NCBI GenBank assembly: GCA_965645245.1 | Contig: OZ287076.1 | Coordinates: 1,860,001-1,924,000, forward strand | DNA length: 64,000 nucleotides | Direction: 5' to 3' | From: Massalongia carnosa | Taxonomy: Eukaryota | Shown here: piece by piece, positions 26,724-38,509 of the stretch | Position numbering within the stretch: position 1 is the stretch's first letter | Layout: every line of letters starts with the position of its first letter | Made by a program: the position numbers and the translations under genes | Notes under the pieces: generated by a model | What the model saw: only the letters and a program-made list of their open reading frames with translations | What the model was told of the DNA's origin: nothing | Database searches by the model: none

Positions 26724-29700
26724 ATGGATCAGGCACAGGGCGAAAACACCAGATCCCTCAAGCCTGAGCGCTCCAACCTCTCGGATTACTCGCTCGATTC
26801 TACTCCCACCATTACGTCCTCATCGCCGCCGCCACCTCTCCAACATCGTCCGGGTTACCGGCGAATTGCCTCTATGGCGGAGGAAGACACCTCCTACCGA
26901 GGTGCCGACGCGGACCTATCGCCAACAATTGGCAGCGCTGGAAATGGGTTTGGAGAATCAATACAAGGGCGTGGCTTGGCCATTGATAATGTGAGCACCC
27001 AGCGCCGAGTTTCCGTGGCAAGGACGCCCGTTGGGCCCAAGAGCAGTCCAAACACTCCCGGAATGGGAGATCCTTTACTATCTCCGACGTCCACGCGGGT
27101 CGGCTTTCGCGGCTTGGAAAGTCACTTCGAGGATGATCACGAGGATGAAGGGGACTTGGGGCATAGTCGGTCGAATACATCGCTCTACCAACCGTTTACC
27201 GCCAATTCCGACCGGGAAAGTCTTCATAGAAATAATCTGTCCTCAGCCAGATCAGTTGAACCGTCAGGTATGAAAGCCTCGCTTCTCTTTCATCATCCTC
27301 ATTGATAGGTAGACCGATTGGAGGCAGCAGCGTCGGCGAGCCTGATGAGCGGGGATACGTTACTCCCTACATGAACCAATGCACCAGCACTGCGAAACCT
27401 GCAATCCAAACATGATGCCTTGCTAACCCAACTGTCCTAGGCGGAGGTCGAGATTTCGACTGCAAAACGAAACAAAACATACATCAAGGCCGACGTAATT
27501 GGCTGGCGGTCACGATCCTGGTGTTGGCGATATACTCCTCTGTTTTTTCGGGGCTGTGGCTTCTGATCGCAATTCGCAAACCACGGTATGGACGACATAT
27601 CACCACCACGGGGAAACTTACCCCATCGACAGCCTCGCTTCTGTGCGCGGCGTTTGCGAAAAGCATTGAATTATCGTTTGTGACCGTCTTTGTGACGTTC
27701 TTGGGGCAGGTGCTGAGCCGAAGAGCGTTTCGCACGAGATCCAAGGGTGTCACCATTGCAGAAATGACGATGCGCGCATGGATCATGCAACCAGGAACAT
27801 TGATCACGCATTGGGAAACGGTTCGATACGCTGCGTTGACATTTTTGGGAATGGTTTCCTTGACGGCGGCATTGATGGCGATGGTATATACAACGGCTTC
27901 GGATGCTTTAGGTGAGTGCGGAGGTTATTCATGCATTTTGTGATCTTGGGCGGATGGTTCAATATCCATCAAATGTGGAAGGACCTGCTTTCTGCAGAAG
28001 GCGATAGCGATACGGATTGGACCACCGCTAACATGTTAAAGTGGCGCCGAAGTTGAAATTTGGCAACCTTGAATCGCGGCTGGTCTATGGCAAAGTTGCC
28101 ACACAGTTTGCCAACCCAGATTACATAAAGCTTCGTTGCCAAACGCCTATACAGGTCAAGGACGATGAAACGTACGCCAGGAGTACTTGTGTGGAAATCG
28201 AGCATGCAGGCCAAGCGTATGTGCTGACCCGCGGTCTTCTTTTCCCCAGGCTAATTTGGTAGGTACCATAATTATTTGCAGTATCTGTCTCTGTGGACGA
28301 CAAACATACAGTCAGGGAACGGCTCCGACTCGTTGAGGTCACGGCCAAGACCAACGGCAATGATGTATGACAACACTACCGTTCAGGGAAGTTGGATCAA
28401 CGTCGAGAATATGACCGAAGTCTCGGCGAGATTTGGTTCCAGGATTATCAACAATGTTTCCATGGCGATGCCTCATTCTGGGGTCTTCGCGGCGGCACGA
28501 GACCCCTTGAATAATATTATCCAACCACAGGATCTTGCTGTGAGTGGTTTCATATAAGCTTTGCATCTTAACTGACCGCGTTTAGGGCCTCGGTGAATAT
28601 CTAATTCGAGCATCGGTCCCATCTCCTACGGTAAACGTCCTTTGCGCATCAATGTCGAAAGAAGACCTGGCCCCAATGGTCTATACGGAATGGCCATATC
28701 CCAAGGATAAGGTGATGAATGTTACCGGATGGCCTGACGATTTCAACATCACAGCTACCCCTAGCTGGCTGAATAAAACCGCCGTTGATGACGTTTTTGG
28801 CTTTGGGGAAAAGTATGGTCGACGGCATCCCGTTTTCCCGAAGTATCCAATTGCCTATAACACAATCCTCAACACCAGCAAAAGTTACACCGACTCCATC
28901 TATCTGTTGGCCACTTCTCCTCAATCAACGTTCATGCTATGCTCCATCCGTCAATCTCTCACCCCAGATTGCTCGACGGAATACCGCGCTAGCTTAAGTG
29001 GTGGATCCATATATACGTTTTGCGAAGACGAATCCGATGCTCTCTCCTATCGGAAATCCGACCCCTCCGCCACCAACGGCGTCTTGAACCTGGATTGGAT
29101 CAACGTCGCTATCTCCTGGGCCACTTCGCTCAGTCTCAACGCCGGCATTACCGACGGTCAAGCCTCCAACGCCCGTCTTCTCACTCAATTGGTTCCCACC
29201 ACTCCCTCCCTCAACCCTTCCCTTCCCTCAATAGCGGAAGCCCTCGCCGTCCTGGCCGGGTGCACCCTTCTCCTTAGTAGCATCGACGCCCCGTTCATCC
29301 ATACCTGGAACTATTCCACGACCGTCCCCACCCTCGACATTCCCCAGTACCAAGCCTTCAACGCTAGCCTGCGCTCCCAGGACTACGCCTCGGGCGGAAC
29401 CCAGCATTGGCAAGGAATCTTCTACCTCGTGCTCGCTCTTATCTTCGTCACCAACGTCTTCTGCCTAGTCTACTTCCTCATCCGCGGCGGCCTCGTCACC
29501 GATTTCATCGAGCCGCAGAACCTCTTCTCTCTCTCCATCAACTCCCCTCCTAGCCGCAGCCTCGAGGGCAGCTGCGGCGGCGGCCCGGAGGGCGAGCAGT
29601 TCGAAACCAGCTGGTTCATCAAGCTGGAGCGCGAGCGCGATCACTTCTACATCCAGGAGAGCGACACGCAGCCGGTGCGGAGGAAAAAGACGCCCAAACC

Positions 29701-29779
29701 GCTGGACTACGAACTGGACGGCAGCCCCAGCATGAACATGTACACCAAACTGTCCAGCAAGCGGACCAGTATTCTTTAA
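26724..29779 (+). CDS. Conserved fungal multi-pass membrane protein of unknown function (5 exons: 26724-27267, 27441-27911, 28042-28216, 28263-28539, 28586-29779)
   Basis: Four canonical introns with branch sites give one continuous frame. Several TM segments (ILVLAIYSSVFSGLWLLIAI; IFYLVLALIFVTNVFCLVYFLI) and many N-x-S/T sequons. Confidence 0.85.
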
Positions 29780-30410
29780 TCGTGGGGGTATTGGGGGGGG
29801 GAAGCCATAATGGTTATTTATGAACGATAGATGAACCTTGTCCGGAGTAAAAAAGTGACCCCCTGTATTATTGCATGGGACAGATCATATCATATCTAAT
29901 GGAATGGAATGTAATGTAATGTAATCGACGACGACCAGGCTTTTTTTTTTTGGCCTTTTTCTCGTCATTTTCTCCCCATCCCCGCGCCTGCCAGAACTGG
30001 ATCGAAAGAAGAAAAAGGAAAGAAAACAAAAAAAGCTTGAGGCCTTGGTCATATATCTACCTATTATACAGTCCCGTGTCAAAAGTTCGACTCTACCCGC
30101 GATTTTCGTGATTTCGTGTTTCAAACCCATCAACCCATCAACCCATAAACTTTAACCATATCATTTCATCATGTCACCCATTTCGTTAGCTTCAATTTCT
30201 GATAATAAGTCTCGTAATATCGAATTGAATCATTGTCAAAAAAATAAAGAAATGATTCGATAATTGATTTTCTTATTCTCTTGATTTGAATCTTATAGAA
30301 CACGTTTGATATGTGCTCAAACAATTCGTTCATCGAGTCAATTCGAAAATCGATTCGATGATTGATAATAATAATAAAATTAGTCGAAAAGAAGCATAAA
30401 TCTTGATAAA

Positions 30411-32018
30411 TGTTAAATTATCCTTCAACCCCTTTGCGGGTGTAGCGCAGCCCTGTGAGCCTTGGCGCGCTAGGCAGTATAGTAGCCATGTACAGATAGA
30501 CAGATCTCAATAGAACACACCTTCATGCAATCTTCTCTCCACCCTACCTGATATACCATTTAACTGGTTATGAGCCCGGGTTAGCATGAGGCTTCCCCTT
30601 GTAGGCATGGATAAAGGGAGATGTGTGCGTGTCCGCGGTCAGAGCGCGTGATTACTCTGAATTCCGGCAGCTTTTTACGGTCCCTTTTGGTAAGGGAGAA
30701 TTAGCACTTCGGCAACTGATTACGAGTCTCTTGAGGGTCAGGAGACAAATCAGGTGAAAACGGCAGCTCGATACGTGTCTTTAGCGGAAGACAAACAAGC
30801 CAAATCGGCGACGATGAGAGGTCGCCAATCCAAATCTCCACTCGACAATCCAGCGACACAGTTGAACCTAACAACCGCCTTGTCGCTATTCAAACTCGAT
30901 GCAGTCCTCAAAAGGCTGCCTTTTCGAATTCAATTATCGATCGGTCTTTATGAAGGCCTCCGGATCGATTTCTTTTCTAAACGCCGGCTACTGGCTTCTT
31001 AGTCACTACTACCGACGTCCCTTCATCAAACAGTCATAACCTCGTGGTTCACTCGTCTATTAACCCACCCACCACCCAATTGATCTCAATTCCTGACTTC
31101 TTTCCATTTAATTACGACCTTCGCCTACACATTACCTCGATGTTCTTATTCCTCTCGGTTGCCGTTTCGCCGAATGCCGTGGGGGAGATAGGGGAATGGA
31201 AGGAGGTACCCGCAGGGTACCGAGGACAACCGACATGAGGGAGCAGGTATACTGCCATCATGGAGGAAGGACACCATAAAGGAGATAGGAGAAGGCATCC
31301 GCAGGATGCCGAGGATACAACTCGAATGGGGGAGCAGATGCCCTGCCACCATGAAGGGAATACAACCCGAATGGGGGAGCAGATGTCCTGCCACCATGAA
31401 GGGAGTATAACCCGAATGGGGGAGCAGATGCCCTGCCACCATGAAGGGATTACAACCCGAATGGGGGAGCAGATGTCCTGCCACCATGAGGGGAGTATAA
31501 CCCGAATGGGGGAGCAGATGCTCTGCCACCATGAAGGGAGTACAACCCGAATGGGGGAGCAGATGCCCTACCACCATGAAGGAAGTACAACCCGAATGGA
31601 GGAGCAGTTGTCCTGCCGCCATAAGGGATGGGATGAAAGGTGCAAAGAGAGGACAACTCGCATGAGGGAGCACATCGCTTGCGATTGCCATCATGGAGGG
31701 AAGTGCAGGAAGAAACAACCGATTTCGCTAGCACCTGTTCTGTTGGCACGAGGGGATTTATCCTTTTTTTTCACATGAGAGAGTTATATTGTCTTTGATC
31801 TGTTGCTGTATTTTCATACTGCCTCCACCACGGCTACACCGATAAGAGAGTTGATCGGTAAGGGGAGTGTTAAATTATCCTCCAACCCCTTTGCGGGTGT
31901 AGCGCAGCCCTGTGAGCCTTGGCGCGCTAGGCAGTATATAATAGCCATGTAGACAGATCTCAATAGAACACACCTTCATGCAGTCTTCTCTCCTCCCTAC
32001 CTGATATACCATTTAACT
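30411..32018 (+). mobile_element. Non-autonomous TRIM-like LTR element (1.6 kb, no gag/pol)
   Basis: LTRs 30411-30565 and 31868-32018 (TGTTAAAT..ATTTAACT); TSD ATAAA; PBS GGTTATGAGCCC at 30566; PPT AAGGGGAG. Confidence 0.9.
31316..31630 (+). repeat. 45-bp tandem array, 7 units, inside the TRIM
   Basis: Unit TACAACCCGAATGGGGGAGCAGATG(T/C)CCTGCCACCATGAAGGGAG starts at 31316, 31361, 31406, 31451, 31496, 31541 and 31586. It translates as TTRMGEQMxCHHEGx. Confidence 0.95.
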
Positions 32019-32058
32019 ATAAACGAAATAATTTTTATAATTTTTATAAAGAGCATGA

Positions 32059-32228
32059 TGTAACGGTTCGACCATGCGTGGTGCGGACGGCAGGACCTAT
32101 AGCGAACATAGCAGGAGTCCCAGTTATAGTAGAATAGAGCTTGGTCTGCGGACTAAGTATTGTGCCTTTTGGTCGGTAGGACAGGTGGCGCAATGGTAGA
32201 AATCTATTCACTATCTCGCTTCGTCACA
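32059..32228 (-). mobile_element. Solo LTR (family A), inverted relative to 1998-2125
   Basis: TG..CA ends; TSD CATGA (32054-32058, 32229-32233); shares AAAAGGCACAATACTTAGTCCGCAGAC and ACCACGCATGGTCGAA with the first copy. Confidence 0.88.
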
Positions 32229-32394
32229 CATGAAAAGAATAATTAAAGCTCGCATTATATCGAAAGAATGATATACGAAATATTAAAAATTTACTTTTCA
32301 GCTCAAATTTCTTGTTAAAATGTATGTAATCATCGTACGAAGTTTCAAGACATTAAAATAAAAACTTGGTGATTGATAATTCATGTCATGAAGT

Positions 32395-32731
32395 GACTGG
32401 ACACCTGCCAGTTAGTTCATTGAACCAACCTTAGCTGCTTGGACGAAGCACTAGCCGGCTTGCCGATCCGAAAGGAACTAAGCTTAATCTGGTTCAGTTA
32501 GGGCAAAGGTAAGTTTTCCGGCTGAAGGTAAGTGTCATGGCGATACATAGGGGTTAGAAGGTTCAATGAACATGCCTAGCGTTCAAAGAACATGCACCGC
32601 TAATAACAACATTTCGAGTATCCGATTAGGCTTAGCGCCAGCTGAGATCGAAAGGGGGATCACGGGAGTACGCGAGGCTAGCGTGGGTTAGCGCGACACT
32701 CGGTGGGGATATTTCTAGCGAGTCGCGCACG
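32395..32731 (+). ncRNA. Candidate structured non-coding RNA, family not recognised
   Basis: Nested helices, including a perfect 12-bp stem 32415-32426/32560-32571; a GAAA tetraloop; G-U pairs that favour the + strand; a U-rich tail; no ORF. Confidence 0.5.
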
Positions 32732-32859
32732 ATAATTCTTTTCTTCTTTGTAGATAAATTTTGGTTTAACAGCGGTTGATTAGAATTGACGACAGCTTCC
32801 TTACAGATAAAAAGTTGATGAGAGGGCTGTCGGAAAATTTTGACCTAGTACTGTATATA

Positions 32860-33420
32860 CATACCTCATGTCCCCTTTCTATCTTTCTTTTTTCCTATCT
32901 ATCTATCTACCTCCCTCTCGCTCTCTCTCTCTCTCTCTCGATCTACCCTCCCCCCTCCCTTCTATCTGGGGGACCCCCCCTTTTCTTGTTCTCGCGTATG
33001 TACATACATACACGTTGTCTGTCCTCTTTTTCCGTTTATTTTCCGTTTCCCGAGTTTGATGATGCACGGCGCGTCACGTCGGGTCGGGTCGGCTATTGCT
33101 GCTGCTGTTGTTGTTGTTATTGTTGTTGTTTTTGTTGTTGTTGTTGTTGTTGTTGATATTAGTGGTTCGTCCTGGAAGATATTCAATTCGTCGTCGCTGG
33201 CTTTCTTGGGGTTAATGATGATGATGATGATTGATCGATCGTTTTATACGGATACGGAGCGTTCTATCATCAATCTGCAATTCGGCAAAAAGGTGGGTGG
33301 GGAAACGAGAGAAGATCTATCACACACATACACACACATACACACACATAGTGGTGGGAAAGTCCCTGTCCGTGAATTGAACTGAATTGAACTGAATTGA
33401 ATTGAATTGAGTTCCTGCAT
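32860..33420. repeat. Microsatellite cluster: (CT)n, (TGC/TGT)n, (GAT)n, (CA)n, (GAAYT)n
   Basis: Directly visible simple repeats, which explain the poly-Cys/Thr/Val ORFs here. Confidence 0.9.
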
Positions 33421-34562
33421 TAAGAGAAATCTATCGCCCCGCCGAAACCCCTCTTGAGTGTGAAAGTGAAAGGGAAAGTGAAAGTCTGAAGCCCCCTCCT
33501 CGGGCAAATGTCACCGTCGCCAAATTATTACCCTTCGTCCCGCCCATCATCCGCGCCCCTGAGCAACTGGCCTAGCCATCTTCGTACGTAGCAATACCTT
33601 TCTCCTTTCACCCCGTTCTACACGCCGAGCGGAGCCAGGCCAAAACGGGCGGGCAACACTTGTTTTCATCCAATTTCCTTGACGCTTTCCTTTCCTCTGC
33701 TACCAAACCCGCCTGTCCACATCAGAAAAACACATTCTTCCATCCTTGAAATTCGTCGTTGTCGTCGTCATCGCTATTTAGGAACTGTCTTCCGTGATTC
33801 AAGGTCGCTGCACGAGTGGAGAAGGATCTTGACTATTTCTGAAATACTGTCTCACAAGTCTTTTTTCTAGTAAAGCTGTCACAGACATAACCAACCCCTC
33901 CCTATCAACACACATCCTTTTCTCTCTGCAATCACAGCCGACGCCATATCCATCTTCTATTTACCTTCAAGATCAAGAAAGGAATACGCGCCAAGTCAAG
34001 ACTAGACTTGTCGTCCTAAGGTAAGTATTTTGTTGTTTATTTTCGTGATCTTGATTGGGTCTCCCTCACAGCCGTCATCGTCATCTATTCGTGATCTTCC
34101 ACCGGTGTGATATTGTTCTACATCTCTGTCCACACTCTCAACTCGCCGAGCTCGCCCGGTGCAGCAGTTGCTCTCAACCTAATAGTCTTGACAAGCTCTC
34201 GGCCGTCTCCTTGTTCGCGAAACTCATAGGTCATGACCTTCGTTGCTAATATTTGCTACCTTGCATCGCTTGATAGGGTCTTCGAACAAGCCAGCGCGCT
34301 CAGTAACCACACATCCAACCGGAGATACTTTGTGCTTCCTTATAGCCTATTTTTGCTAGAATCTTCCTTAAACCAGACAAGACTAGTGCAGTAGAACTGC
34401 CGGTATAAAAAAAGTCTTCTCTCATGCCCTCAATAGCCCTAACTCCGTATAGAGCTTACTATCAAAATCATCCTTACGTTAACCCGCACTTCTCTTGACT
34501 TTATTTTGATCGGTCTCCTAAACACCTCAATAAAGTCTTCATTTCATATTTGACATAACAAT

Positions 34563-35618
34563 ATGTCCAACTCTTCAGCTTCTTCAACGACTTACAATCT
34601 CAACGACCTTCCGTTCCCTCGCGGCACAATAACACTCCTAGGCCTATCCAACCAACCAGACGCAGATGTAAGAACCTGGATGGAGCTTAGAGAGTGGGTC
34701 CGACAGAATGCGCACCGTTTACCCCCCGGCACATTTGCACATCTTCACGACCTTCAAACGCAATACTCGCAGGCTGGACCGGCCCCTCCGCCACCTGAGA
34801 TGCTCCAAGCTCTAGTAGATACCGCCGCACAAATGGAGCGTGCACGGCCTCATGGACGAGGAGGTCGCCGCAACGGCGCTAGATCTTCTCGAAACGCCCG
34901 ATCTCGAAACGCAGTCTTACCACCAGGGGCAGCCCAGACCCAAAGTCTTGCGCTACCCATAATTCCGGAGGAGGCAAGCAGGCCGCAGATTTTAAGACTT
35001 GAGGCGCCCACAGCGCCAACCTATGAGCATGGCCGGAGCATGATGTCTCCCCCGGTTGCAGCCGGGGGAGGTCCGAGCTCCACCGCTTGGGCTTCCGGAA
35101 AGACAAATGGCACGAACCAAGGCCTCCATGATAGCAGGCCGGCTGCGTTGCAGCAACCAGGGCAAGTCTATCCTCTTTCTCCAAATTCCTGCTCTTGAAA
35201 ACCATTCGTAACCTTGAGCTAATCGAGCCTTTTCTTCAGGACTAGTCTCCCTGCAGATCTCCTTTTCCAGCAGCGCACGCCCACACCAGTTGTTCGGCTC
35301 CCGGCGGTCGTTCGTCGGTTGGCCGTTCCTTCACCCACTCCCCAGGCTCACCAACGGAAACCGCTGCCCGTGAATCCATCTTCAGAACCACCCCTCACTC
35401 AATGTACCCGCGTCCCAACTTTGGTCGACTCAGACATTGAGCCGGCTATTGTTGCCGCGTTGGCCTCCCTCCCAACCCTCAAACCCGTTGTCACGCACTC
35501 CGGAGTCCCCAAGGGCACGAAGACCAAAGAAGCGCCTAAAGCGCCACGAGGACGTTTTGTGAATCGTCCGCACCCAAATGGTGATCCCCACTTCGTGTGG
35601 GACGCAGATGCCGAGTGA
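34563..35618 (+). CDS. Hypothetical Pro-rich protein (exons 34563-35161, 35240-35618), probable GC-AG intron
   Basis: Folded-looking N-terminal block TWMELREWVRQNAHRLPPGTFAHLHDLQ. GCAAGT..GCTAAT..CAG joins both ORFs in frame. Probable 5' UTR intron from GTAAGT at 34021. Confidence 0.6.
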
Positions 35619-36980
35619 GGGAGAGGTAAGCGACGACCAAAGGTCACGGTCGGTTTGGTCCGGGTTCTTTTGACGTGGAGAAGGGAAGGAATGAGGTGGA
35701 GATGAGGGGGAGGTCGAGAGGACGATGCTTTTTTGATTTGGTCCGATGGGTGATAGATGAGATAGCTAAGGCAGTTTTGTCATCAACCGCACCGTGCATG
35801 ATATCCGAACCTGTTGCACTTGGTTCCCCTTGCAATCACCCACCTGCGACACGCAGCGTCACACTTGCGCTGGTGGGCGCAAGTATGACGCTACAGAAGA
35901 GGAAGAGAACGAAGAGTCCTGGATGAGGGATATTTATGTTAGAGGTTTGATTGAATTTCCCGATGACGTCACTTGCGGCGGAATGTCCACCCGGCATAGT
36001 TACTTCGCTACGGAGTGCCTATCTTGGAATCACAGAATCACACCTCGCTTTCACCTTCCTCTCAAATCCTCATCCTCATCACTTGCACGCTCTTCTCCAG
36101 CTCCAGTTAACCTCTTATCACAGAGTATCAATCATTTCATCCATGTCAATGTTCTTCACTCTCACTCTACTTGACATGTATCGATAGAACAGCCATAACT
36201 AGGTGTAACTAGGTGTCTGCTCTGTCCGGGTTACTCTGTACTCCAGTATACTCTAGATGCTAAAAAAACAGACAAACAGACAAATAAAAACCCCCAATAG
36301 AAAAATGACACACAACCAATCAACTAGCGACTAGCGAGTTGTCATCGCAGACAAAACCCCCCCACATGTTGCGAAATGCTCTCTACATACCAGTACCTAA
36401 CTATCTATCTAACCAACTGCTAGAAACAATAAGGAATGGACAGGCAGGCAGGCGGGCAGGCAGGCTTGGGTGATTTCCCCCCTCTCCGGATCGGAAAGTG
36501 TGGGAAAGAGCATGTGAACCGGAAATTTTGGAGGGTGGCCGGGCGGGGAATTCTTTTGGGGTTTTCCATGTGTCTTGCGCTCTGGAGGGATGATGGGTGG
36601 ATGGTACGGAGTATCTCGTGTTATCGAATCATCGGATTATGAGTTGGGTATAGATAGAGCAGCCTCGCTGTTTTTTTAAATTTTCTTTTCCTGAACTGCC
36701 TGGCTGGAATACTCTTTGGGTTCTGTTCTGTCTTGTTCTTAAACCGGCTGGCATAATACACCGGCACTCCTCTGATCCAGTATCTCTATGGATTCCTTTC
36801 TATGCTTCAGGATTGTCGTCTAGTAGCGCTATCGTTCTATACGGAACGCCTACCATTCTCTCCTTATTTTCCCTCTTATCTCATAAGCAGCATCCCTCAC
36901 CACAAGACTTGTCTCATCCCATATTCGGTATATTATATATATATACCCCCCCCTAAATCAGTCCATCTCCTCCCGCCAAC

Positions 36981-38509
36981 ATGGTCGGCTATCTCGACCT
37001 CTCCAACGAGCTCATTGCCATGACCATCCGGCACCTCGACCCCACTGACATAGACACCGTTCTCGACGTCTGCGAGCATCTCACTGTCGTCGCCTTTCCC
37101 TTCTATCGAGAGTACTGGAAACGCGGAGTGAAGTACTCGTGCTGGAGAAGTGCGGTGCTCAAGAACGACGAGCCGGTCACCTGTGTGTCGCAGTTGCTCA
37201 AAGATGTCCTGCTCTAGCCTCGCATCGGCTTGTACATCCGAGACCTAATCCTCGACGGCTGGCTGAGCAACTGGAATCCTGGTTCCGACCCGGCCATCGA
37301 AAGCCGCTTATATGTCAGCACGGAAGATGCCTTCGCCTTGTTCCGAACCACGCTTCAGAAATCGCTCTATGTCGCCGCGGATCAAGTTGAGCGCTGGATG
37401 CAAAAGATCAGATCGGGCGACGAGCAACCTCTTCTGGCTCTCCTCTTGACCTTGCTCCCCAATCTGGATCATCTCAGTATATTCCTCCAAACGTCCGATG
37501 ATACTCCCTTGCTTGACACGATCCTGAAGATATCCGCGGCCAGCCGCACTTCGGACACGCTGGCACCACTCTCCAAGCTGAGAGATTTGCACGTACAAGC
37601 AGATGACAACAGGCTGTATATTGATACTAGGTTCCTGTGGCCTTTTGTCACCCTCCCATCAATGAAGCAGGTAAGCCTCCAGCGGTTCTGCCAAGACAAT
37701 AGCGCTCCTCCACCGCATAGAAGTTCCAACATCACAAAAATCTCCTTGATCGCCTGCCACCTTGACGTATTTGGGGTGGACATGCTTCTGGGAACCTTCA
37801 AAGCCCTCCAAGACTTCACCCTCTGCCCCTCACTGACTCGCGGTCGCAGATGGCAATTTGACGGGTTGGGCCTGCGCCGTTCACTGCACACACATACAAA
37901 GCACAGCTTAGAAACGATGTTCGTAAGCGAACAAAATAGCCACTATAAGCCCGCGTAGCCGATCTACCGGTTCTACGAAGGGGATTTCCTTGGCTTTTCC
38001 GCTCTCACGGAACTCCGAATCGACATTGGCCTCCTGTCAAATATATAAGGGTCAAAAGGCATAATCAGGGAATTGGGTAGATGTTTTTTTTATTGTGGAG
38101 GATGTGGAAAAGTGGGAATCTATCTAAGGGGGGAGGCCACGTGTCTAGTCGGGCCGGAATAACCCTTCGGATATATCATCCTGAGTTACCACTGATGTTT
38201 AGGATTAGTTATCCTATAATTTGACACCTCCTCATGAACCTGGATCCTGTAGGCGCGTGCCGGAACTCCTTGGCCGATTTGTTGCCTGCCTCCGTCATAT
38301 CCGTCACTGTTATCGACGCCTCGTCAATGGTGGAGTACCGTCGGCTAGTGGTTGAAGTGTTATGGGTCAAGGAGAGTTCCTTTCCGAACTTGAGGACACT
38401 CGAATTTATGCCGCGGGATTTTCTGGGGCAATGGGGAGACTACGAAATGCAGCATGCTTACAGAGAGGCTGGGTTCAGCTTGGAGATGGCTGGTTATGGG
38501 TTCTGGTAA
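36981..38509 (+). pseudogene. F-box / leucine-rich-repeat-like protein pseudogene
   Basis: F-box-like start YLDLSNELIAMTIRHLDPTDI and LxxLxxL repeats. In-frame TAG at 37215-37217 and 37956-37958. The frame is restored when the solo LTR at 38035-38226 is removed. Confidence 0.8.
38035..38226. mobile_element. Solo LTR (family B) inserted in the F-box coding sequence
   Basis: TGTCAAAT...ATTTGACA inverted termini; TSD CCTCC (38030-38034, 38227-38231). Confidence 0.88.

Larger units (their letters stand above)
30262..32286 (+). mobile_element. Hypermutated Tc1/mariner transposase relic, split by two LTR insertions
   Basis: *FSYSLDLNLIEHV*YVLK corresponds to WPPYSPDLNPIEHVW. Removing both insertions and one copy of each TSD restores a frame ending SMKRIIKARIISKE*YTKY*, resembling the Tc1 C-terminus SM..R..AVI.A.GWYTKY. 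Confidence 0.75.

Noticed and set aside
31316..31630. Possible CRISPR-like array
   Set aside because: The units are contiguous near-identical repeats with no unique spacers, in a eukaryotic LTR element with no cas genes.
33353..33370. GGGAAAGTCCC resembling the RNase P/MRP CR-I motif
   Set aside because: It is embedded in simple repeats with no CR-V partner or surrounding helices.
32776..33507. Poly-Cys, poly-Thr and poly-Val ORFs
   Set aside because: These are translations of microsatellites.
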